Positions 17,611 to 23,813 of a stretch of DNA of 40,659 nucleotides are shown here, one piece after another. Under the pieces are notes generated by a model. The model saw only the letters and a program-made list of their open reading frames with translations. It was not told the DNA's origin and did no database searches. Source of the stretch: Candidatus Binatia bacterium (GTDB taxonomy: Bacteria; Desulfobacterota; Binatia; UBA9968); assembly GCA_044869705.1 (NCBI GenBank), contig JBIOXP010000397.1, positions 1 through 40,659 of the forward strand, given 5' to 3'. Every line of letters begins with the position of its first letter. Position 1 is the stretch's first letter. The translations under genes were made by a program, and so were the position numbers.

Positions 17611-19392
17611 TTATTTTATCAGCCGGATTTTGCGCTGCTCTTCATGAAACGCGAACTGAGTTCGATACATCGATGCAAAGACTCCCCCGCGGCGCAGTAG
17701 CTCGGCGAACGTGCCTTGCTCTGCAATGCTGCCATCGCGCAAAACCAGGATGAGATCAGCCTGGCGGATGGTGGAGAGACGGTGTGCGATGATGAAGGTG
17801 GTTCTCCCCGCCATGAGACGCTGTAGCCCCTCCATGATGAGCGCCTCGGTTTCGGTATCGACAGAAGACGTGGGCTCGTCGAGGATCAGTATCGGTGCAT
17901 CGAGCAAAACCCCACGCGCAATCGTGAGGCGTAATTTCTGTCCTTCCGACAATGTGGCTGCCTGTTCTCCCACGACCGTGTCGTACTTTTCCGGTAGCTC
18001 TTCTATGAAATCGTGCACCTGGGCCACCTTCGCGGCGGCCGTAACTTCCTCCAAAGAAGCTTCCGGTCGGCCATAGGCGATGTTTTCCCGAATGCTGAAG
18101 GGGAAGAGCACAGGCGGTTGAAGAACCATGGCCATTTGCCGGCGCAAAGATTTCAGTTGAAACTGGCGGATATCGACACCGCCGATTGTGATTCGGCCGG
18201 ACTGCGGATCATGGAACCGCAGTAGCAGACTGACCAATGTTGATTTTCCCGCGCCCGTCGGACCGACAATAGCCACTTTCGTCCCTGGCGCGATCTGCAA
18301 ATTAATATTTTTTAGAACAGGTTTGGCTGAATCATACCCAAATATAACCTGCTCGAAAGAGATCTCAGTTTTCGCGCTTTGGTTCTCCAGCGCCTTATGC
18401 CCATCGGGCACGACCTGTTGCGAGTCGAGAATGTCGAAGGCTCTGCGGACGCCGATTTTTGCGCTTTGAACCAGCCCATAGGTCTCGAAAATACTATGAA
18501 GTGGCGCATAAAGAGACGCGAGATAGGAGGTAAACACAACCATGTCGCCAACCGAGAGTGCTCCGGACAAAACGTGCCGCGTACCTATCCATAAGACCGC
18601 GGCGGTTCCCGCTGCAATCGTCACGTTCACCACGGCAGAATAAAAATTCTGCAGATTAAAGAGGCGCAGATCCGCTGCCAGACTCTCGGTGCTGGCGTTG
18701 ACAAAGCGCCGCTCTTCATCCTCTTCTTTGGTAAAAGCCTGAATAACGCGTATTCCTGACAGCGTTCGCTGCACGAGAGAATAGACTAGACTCTCCTTAT
18801 GGCGCGCGTGCGCGGCCGCAGACGACATTTTCTTGTTTAGGAGCCCAATGGTAACGAACAATGCGGGGCATACCACGAGAGCCAATAACGTGAGATAGAG
18901 ATCCAACGAGAGCATCACGACAAACATGCCCGATAGGAGCACCAAAGCGGACAGGACGGAAAAGAATCCGTTCATCGTCAGCGTTTGAATGCCTAGGGTA
19001 TCGGCCGTGATCCGATACATGAGATCACCGATCTGCTGGCGGGTATGAAAAGAGAGGGATAGGCGCTGGAGGTGGCTGTACAAATCGCGACGCAGATCAT
19101 TTACCATTCCCTGCCCGATCCGTATCGTTGTGTAGTCGTTTAGCACGCGGAGCGCGCCCACGAGCAAATAAATAAGAACAAGGCTTATGCAAGCGGCCAC
19201 CAGGAGGGTCTCTGCCGACCAACTAAGACGAATCCCGAACGGAAGCGGGTGATTGCTCAGAATATTGTCAATGATAATCTTGAGCGGCCACGGCTTGAGG
19301 AGCTCAAGCGCGCTAATTACGATAACTTGCGCGAGCGCGAAAACGAAAGCTGGCCAATACGGCTTTAGGTAAGAACGAACCGTGCGTTTCAT
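17611..19392 (-). CDS. ABC exporter, fused TMD-NBD half-transporter (MsbA/NdvA class)
   Basis: Six-helix TMD, then Walker A 'GPTGAGKST', signature 'LSEGQ', Walker B 'ILILDEPTS', H-loop 'IIAHRLST'. Start set at ATG 19392 (MKRTVRSYLKPYW) because the longer track ORF would overlap the upstream gene. Confidence 0.9.
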   Translation of the reverse strand: MKRTVRSYLKPYWPAFVFALAQVIVISALELLKPWPLKIIIDNILSNHPLPFGIRLSWSAETLLVAACISLVLIYLLVGALRVLNDYTTIRIGQGMVNDLRRDLYSHLQRLSLSFHTRQQIGDLMYRITADTLGIQTLTMNGFFSVLSALVLLSGMFVVMLSLDLYLTLLALVVCPALFVTIGLLNKKMSSAAAHARHKESLVYSLVQRTLSGIRVIQAFTKEEDEERRFVNASTESLAADLRLFNLQNFYSAVVNVTIAAGTAAVLWIGTRHVLSGALSVGDMVVFTSYLASLYAPLHSIFETYGLVQSAKIGVRRAFDILDSQQVVPDGHKALENQSAKTEISFEQVIFGYDSAKPVLKNINLQIAPGTKVAIVGPTGAGKSTLVSLLLRFHDPQSGRITIGGVDIRQFQLKSLRRQMAMVLQPPVLFPFSIRENIAYGRPEASLEEVTAAAKVAQVHDFIEELPEKYDTVVGEQAATLSEGQKLRLTIARGVLLDAPILILDEPTSSVDTETEALIMEGLQRLMAGRTTFIIAHRLSTIRQADLILVLRDGSIAEQGTFAELLRRGGVFASMYRTQFAFHEEQRKIRLIK

Positions 19393-19405
19393 CAGCAGGC
19401 TGTTT

Positions 19406-22012
19406 TCACAGCGTGTCTTTAGCTTCCACCGGCACGAATTCGAGCTTGTGCGCCAACGATTCCATAACATGGTAGAGCAGGCGGCCAAGGCGGAACTTCT
19501 GGTAGAGAATAGCGCCGGCGTGAACAATGCCGATCGAGGCTGCTGCGAGGGCGAGTTGAGTCATATCCAGCGATGCTGCGATCGTTGTCGCGGCGGCGTA
19601 AACCCCCAGGCAACCCGCGGAAACTCTGGACATCCGCAGCGCGCAGCGCACTCTCAACAGACGCTTCGCCCCGCCGTGATTCTCGACGGCGGTTTTGATC
19701 TGGGCTTTGGCCCATGGCCCTTGGCAAATTTCCAAGTCCCATTGGCTCCAGCCCTGATCCATCGCGATGAGATACTTACGCGGCAGCAGAAATTCCATCA
19801 CCGCATGCAGCAGACTTTCCTTTTCCTGTCCACGCTCATTCCAGTACGACAGATAGAACGCCGCTTCATGCCACAAGATGCGTACTTCCTGCCGGGTGCC
19901 GTTGAATTCGAACGGCTTCACCTCGCGAAAGCGACGCAGACGCCAGCGATAACGCTCCAGCGTACGAATCAGCGGCCCGATATAAATTAACAACGCGATG
20001 AGAAGCGTTGCACGCCATCCCTGGAAAGGCGGCATCACTCGAGCATGCAGTGCGCTTGTGACGCAACGACTGAGCGTCAGTCCGAACGGCGCCAGCCCGA
20101 GCCAGAACCAGTCGCCTAATACCAGCGCGCAAGCCAAGAGCGCGAGCGAAAGCAAATTCCATTCGAGGGTCAGCGGCAGGCACGCAACCACGGACGGGGG
20201 AGGCTGGTATAGAGTCTGGAAAAGACCGCGCCCGAAAACTCCGGAATAAATCCGTTGCTGATGGCTCGCCAGGAAGGAAGATAAATCACCGTAGATTCTG
20301 CCGAACCAACGCGATTGACCCAGCACGTTAAAACGGCTGGGATGCTTGAAAAACAGCAGAGTTTCCGCCTTGCCGTAACCGCGTTGCTGCTTCAGATAAT
20401 CGCGCACGGTATTGCGGCGAAAGTGCCAGACCACCGCAGCCGGAGAGAAACCGATCTTGTAACCTTTGTTCTGCAGACGCCAGCACAGATCCACATCATC
20501 GCCTGCCGCACGGAAAATCGGATCGAATCCGGAGATCGCTTTAAGTGCGTCGTGACGAAACGCCATGTTGCAACCCGGAATGTGCTCCGCGACTTCGTCA
20601 TCCAGCAAGACGTGCGCTGGCGCGCCGGGTGAAACCGCGACACAAGACGCCACAAACGAGTCGTCGGGCGGCGTCAAATTAGGTCCGCCCACCGCAGCAA
20701 AGTCGGATGATTGAAAACGCGCCACCAAGTAGGTGAGCCAATCCGCATCGACCATGCAGTCGGCGTCGGTAAAAGCGATGATATCGCCGCCGGCTGCTCT
20801 GATGCCGACATTGCGGGCTTCGCTCAGGCCTTTATTGTCCTGATTGATGAGCCGAATGTACGAATAACCTTCGGCGATTTGCCGCGTCCGATCGGTCGAG
20901 CCATCGTTCACAACGACAACTTCGTAGTCGGGATAGTTAAGTTTCTTCAGCGACCCAAGACACGAATCGAGGGTACGCTCGCCATTGTAAACGCATACAA
21001 TGACCGAGACTTTAGGATGCGCGGGAAGCGGCGGCGGCAGCGTGCCGCCATAGTATTGTTGGACTGCCCCGAATGCAGGTTTTTTGTCTCGATAACGATC
21101 AACCAATCCGAAGGCCCAATCCTCGACCTGAAATCCCTCCGGACCGGAGTACGCGTGCCAATCGTCGGTCCAGGAAAAGACCACTGTTCCCGCCACTCCC
21201 GATTCAAAGCTGGCGCGCAATTGCCAGGATAGCGCGTCGGCCTGAAACTGGCGGCCCTGTCCTATCGAATCAATGCCGATTTCTGTCAGGACCAGCGGTC
21301 GGTCTCCGGCAAGATTATGGAGGTGAGATAAATAACGGCGAAAGTCTTCTTCACGATGAAGGTAAACATTGAAAGCCACGAAGTCCAAGAAATCGGTTTC
21401 GAGATATTCAGTCGATGGAAAGTTGGCATAACTCACCAGCGCGCCGGCATCGCCGCTCTTGGCCGTATCCACGAGAGTAGCGAGAAACCTGCGTATCTTT
21501 TTGGCGCCGTACCAGCGTACGATTTCCGGAGGAATCTCGTTGCCAACGAGATAAGCGAAGATCGCAGGGTGGGAGCTGCAGGTGCCTACTGCATGGGCGA
21601 TGGTTTCGCGAATTTCCGACCGCGTGCGCTTGGAATCCAGAAACGAAATGTGCTGCGGCCAAGGAATACCGACGATCACGCGAAGACCATGGGCCGCCGC
21701 TTTGTCGAGAATCGATTTAGGCGGAACGGTAAAAGTACGAAGGCAATTAACTCCGAGCTCTGCCATAAGCGAGAAGTCCAAGTCTACCTTCGCAAGCTCC
21801 GGAAATGGCACGCCGCCGGCGTTCGGGGCAAACGGTCCGTACGTCACCCCTTTGACGAAAAACTTTTGCTCTTTACGGAAAAAGAACCGTCCACGCTGAT
21901 CGATTCTCTCGAGGACTAAGGGTTTGCTCGAGCGGCGAACTTCGATCAGCGGCAAGCTCGGTACGCTTATGTCAGGCGTACCATGTAGCTCGAGCAACGA
22001 GGGCATCGACAT
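19406..22012 (-). CDS. fusion protein: N-terminal clan-GH-A-like barrel + GT2 glycosyltransferase + C-terminal multi-TM module (putative glycan synthase)
   Basis: aa ~45-320: 'FFVKGVTYGP', 'LVGNEIPPE' (E159), 'LVLTEIGID' (E244). aa ~334-555: 'VSVIVCVYNGERTL', 'VVVNDGSTD', 'FTDADC', 'GCNMAFR', 'GDDVDLCWRL', 'KQQRGYGKAE'. aa ~605-868: about five hydrophobic helices. Confidence 0.8.
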   Translation of the reverse strand: MSMPSLLELHGTPDISVPSLPLIEVRRSSKPLVLERIDQRGRFFFRKEQKFFVKGVTYGPFAPNAGGVPFPELAKVDLDFSLMAELGVNCLRTFTVPPKSILDKAAAHGLRVIVGIPWPQHISFLDSKRTRSEIRETIAHAVGTCSSHPAIFAYLVGNEIPPEIVRWYGAKKIRRFLATLVDTAKSGDAGALVSYANFPSTEYLETDFLDFVAFNVYLHREEDFRRYLSHLHNLAGDRPLVLTEIGIDSIGQGRQFQADALSWQLRASFESGVAGTVVFSWTDDWHAYSGPEGFQVEDWAFGLVDRYRDKKPAFGAVQQYYGGTLPPPLPAHPKVSVIVCVYNGERTLDSCLGSLKKLNYPDYEVVVVNDGSTDRTRQIAEGYSYIRLINQDNKGLSEARNVGIRAAGGDIIAFTDADCMVDADWLTYLVARFQSSDFAAVGGPNLTPPDDSFVASCVAVSPGAPAHVLLDDEVAEHIPGCNMAFRHDALKAISGFDPIFRAAGDDVDLCWRLQNKGYKIGFSPAAVVWHFRRNTVRDYLKQQRGYGKAETLLFFKHPSRFNVLGQSRWFGRIYGDLSSFLASHQQRIYSGVFGRGLFQTLYQPPPSVVACLPLTLEWNLLSLALLACALVLGDWFWLGLAPFGLTLSRCVTSALHARVMPPFQGWRATLLIALLIYIGPLIRTLERYRWRLRRFREVKPFEFNGTRQEVRILWHEAAFYLSYWNERGQEKESLLHAVMEFLLPRKYLIAMDQGWSQWDLEICQGPWAKAQIKTAVENHGGAKRLLRVRCALRMSRVSAGCLGVYAAATTIAASLDMTQLALAAASIGIVHAGAILYQKFRLGRLLYHVMESLAHKLEFVPVEAKDTL

Positions 22013-22791
22013 GTGTAGGTTGAATCGCTCCTTCTCTGTGCAGGCCTAAACCCGGAAAATGATTTCAGAATGGATACTGAAACGTCGAACTACGTGGCAA
22101 CAATGATGCCAGCAAACGGATGAACAGTTTTTATTGGTTTTACATACGGTTGCTTCATTGTTGGGACTGACACCTGCAGGGTTTAGCATTCACGAAATGG
22201 AACAGGGTGCCTTCCGGATTACTGATTGTACCGACATGACTATTAGACGCGTCTCACGCAATTCAATTCGAAAATTTTCCGCAGCTCGCTTGATGATTGC
22301 GATCTCGGAGGCGAAAAATTAGCGTCGCGCTCTGTAGCTAATTTTCGGCTGGTATTATTGTTATTGGCTGACTTTAATTGCGTTTGGTAGGGAACAATAC
22401 GCAAATCATCTGATCTCAGCGGGATTCGTAAAACAACTGACTCAGGTAGCGTGTGTAATGCCCGTTTTTTCCTCGTCGATGGTGGATTTTAAACCTAGTC
22501 CAATAAAATAAAACAATGGCAAAGACAAGTGCGGTTTCTGCACAAGAAACTCTCTCTGCATAGCGCGGAAGATACATCATTCGCGGCGTCGGGCCGTAGC
22601 GCAATCGGTCTCGGTCGCCGAAAGCCTGCACGCATGATCGTGATTCGAACGAAAATTCAAAACTGACGACGCACCAGAAAAGATAATTAGCGAACCGGAA
22701 AAACCAGCCTCCGGCACACGATTTGATCGCGTTATCGTAAAGTGATTGAGTACCAGGAACTCGAGTTAGTAGCACGGACTACGCATGAAAG
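22013..22791. promoter_or_regulatory. long AT-rich divergent intergenic / leader region between the glycan operon and the coiled-coil/AsmA genes
   Basis: Hand counts of 60-nt lines give 25/60, 23/60 and 28/60 GC, against 33-43/60 in the flanking genes. Both flanking genes point away from it. GAAGGAG lies about 14 nt upstream of the ATG at 22012. Confidence 0.45.
22063..22082. promoter_or_regulatory. perfect inverted repeat TTTCAG-N8-CTGAAA about 50-70 nt upstream of the synthase start
   Basis: Read directly: tttcag aatggata ctgaaa. Its position fits an operator or a 5'-UTR hairpin. Confidence 0.2.
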
Positions 22792-23628
22792 ATGAAATTT
22801 AGTTATTTCATGCCGATCGTAATCGCGGCGAATCTCGTCTTCCCGTTGGGCAGTGCTGCGAGCGAATCTACAAGGCAGCCCGCGCGCACTGTTGCGCCGT
22901 CGACTTCGGCGTCGGCGGCAAAAAGATTGCAGGCCACGCGGCGCATGCTGATCGAGCGAACGAAACAGTCTCGAGAGCATCTGCGCGAATCGCTACTCCA
23001 CTATGAACAGCGTTTGGCGGCGCAGCGGGCCGAGGTCAAAACGAAAACGAAGCTTTACGAGCAGGATCTGATTTCCAAGCTCGAGCTCGAAAACAGCCAG
23101 CAGGCGATGACCAACATGCAACTCGAGGCTGAGCGAATCCGCCATTGGATCGCCGAAGACGACGTAGCGTTGTCACTCGCAGATGAGAACGCCAGAGCCG
23201 AGACCGGCGGGCTAGGCAAATTAGCGCCGGGCAATTACCAGGAAACTCCGAGCCTCATTCGTTACCATGGCGTAGTGCCCTGGTCGCCGGCGGTGATCGC
23301 CAAAGTGCGGAAATTTTTTCAAACACGCTTTGCTACACAGCTGCCTGTGAGTGTCGCCGGTCAGTCTTTAACCCATGATCGTTTAGGCTATGACCACCGT
23401 GAAGCTGTAGATGTGGCGGTTTCACCTGATAGCCGCGAGGGCCGCGCTTTGATGAAATATTTACGCCAAGCCCGGATTCCATTTATTGCCTTTCGCGGTA
23501 AGGTGTCGGGTGTCTCCACTGGCCCGCACATTCATATCGGTCTGCCATCGCCCCGACTTCATTCGGCTGAAGCCAATCAGCGCAGCGTTCTAGCCGTCGA
23601 GCCGGCGCCAGTCGCCGGCGGCGGCTGA
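22792..23628 (+). CDS. secreted coiled-coil protein with a C-terminal LAS-like (M23/M15-type) metallopeptidase-like motif
   Basis: Signal peptide 'MKFSYFMPIVIAANLVFPLGSAAS'. Heptad-rich 'RLAAQRAEVKTKTKLYEQDLISKLELENSQQAMTNMQLEAERIR'. C-terminal 'YDHREAVDVAV' and 'GVSTGPHIHIG' resemble H..D and HxH zinc motifs. Confidence 0.5.
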   Translation: MKFSYFMPIVIAANLVFPLGSAASESTRQPARTVAPSTSASAAKRLQATRRMLIERTKQSREHLRESLLHYEQRLAAQRAEVKTKTKLYEQDLISKLELENSQQAMTNMQLEAERIRHWIAEDDVALSLADENARAETGGLGKLAPGNYQETPSLIRYHGVVPWSPAVIAKVRKFFQTRFATQLPVSVAGQSLTHDRLGYDHREAVDVAVSPDSREGRALMKYLRQARIPFIAFRGKVSGVSTGPHIHIGLPSPRLHSAEANQRSVLAVEPAPVAGGG

Positions 23629-23813
23629 GCTTCTGAGTTTACCGTTCAGATTCGAGCGCGCATTCCTGTGACGTGACACGCGTGCGGTGCAGCGGGACGG
23701 GTGTGCTAGCCCAGGATTCGAAGTTGCGTGACCCGCCGCCACTCGTTAAACTTATTCAATACTCCGGAGTCAAATTAGAGAGATGAACTGGGGCGACTTA
23801 GACGGGGGCCTCC

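Noticed and set aside
17611-19527. N-terminal extensions suggested by the maximal ORFs: ABC exporter to 19527, SGNH paralog to 2674, TAXI-like to 37424, GntR to 35630, SBP to 38767.
   Set aside because: The extensions overlap upstream genes or add non-homologous Arg/Ser-rich residues. The internal starts restore typical N-termini (signal peptides, 'MKRTVRSYLKPYW', 'PLYFKV') and give short gaps or ATGA overlaps.
19823-19957. Arg-rich juxtamembrane segment 'RTLERYRWRLRRFRE' in the synthase, considered as a possible PilZ (RxxxR) c-di-GMP site as in BcsA.
   Set aside because: I found no matching (D/N)xSxxG motif in the following 20-40 residues. Positive-inside Arg clusters after TM helices are common.
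19382-19990. 202-aa plus-strand ORF across the synthase/ABC junction.
   Set aside because: It is antisense to two well-supported genes and has no recognisable motifs.
972-22012. Interpreting the cluster as a conventional O-antigen or capsule (Wzx/Wzy or ABC-dependent) locus.
   Set aside because: There is no Wzx, Wzy, Wzz/PCP, Wza/OPX or KpsM/T-type two-component ABC system. There is also no initiating WbaP/WecA-type enzyme and there are no nucleotide-sugar synthesis genes in the window. The ABC protein is a fused MsbA-type exporter.
22134-22775. Small ORFs 22134-22322 (plus strand, TTG start) and 22416-22775 (minus strand) in the AT-rich leader.
   Set aside because: There are no family motifs. 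AT-rich non-coding DNA readily yields such ORFs. They are kept only as a lead in the findings, not as features.
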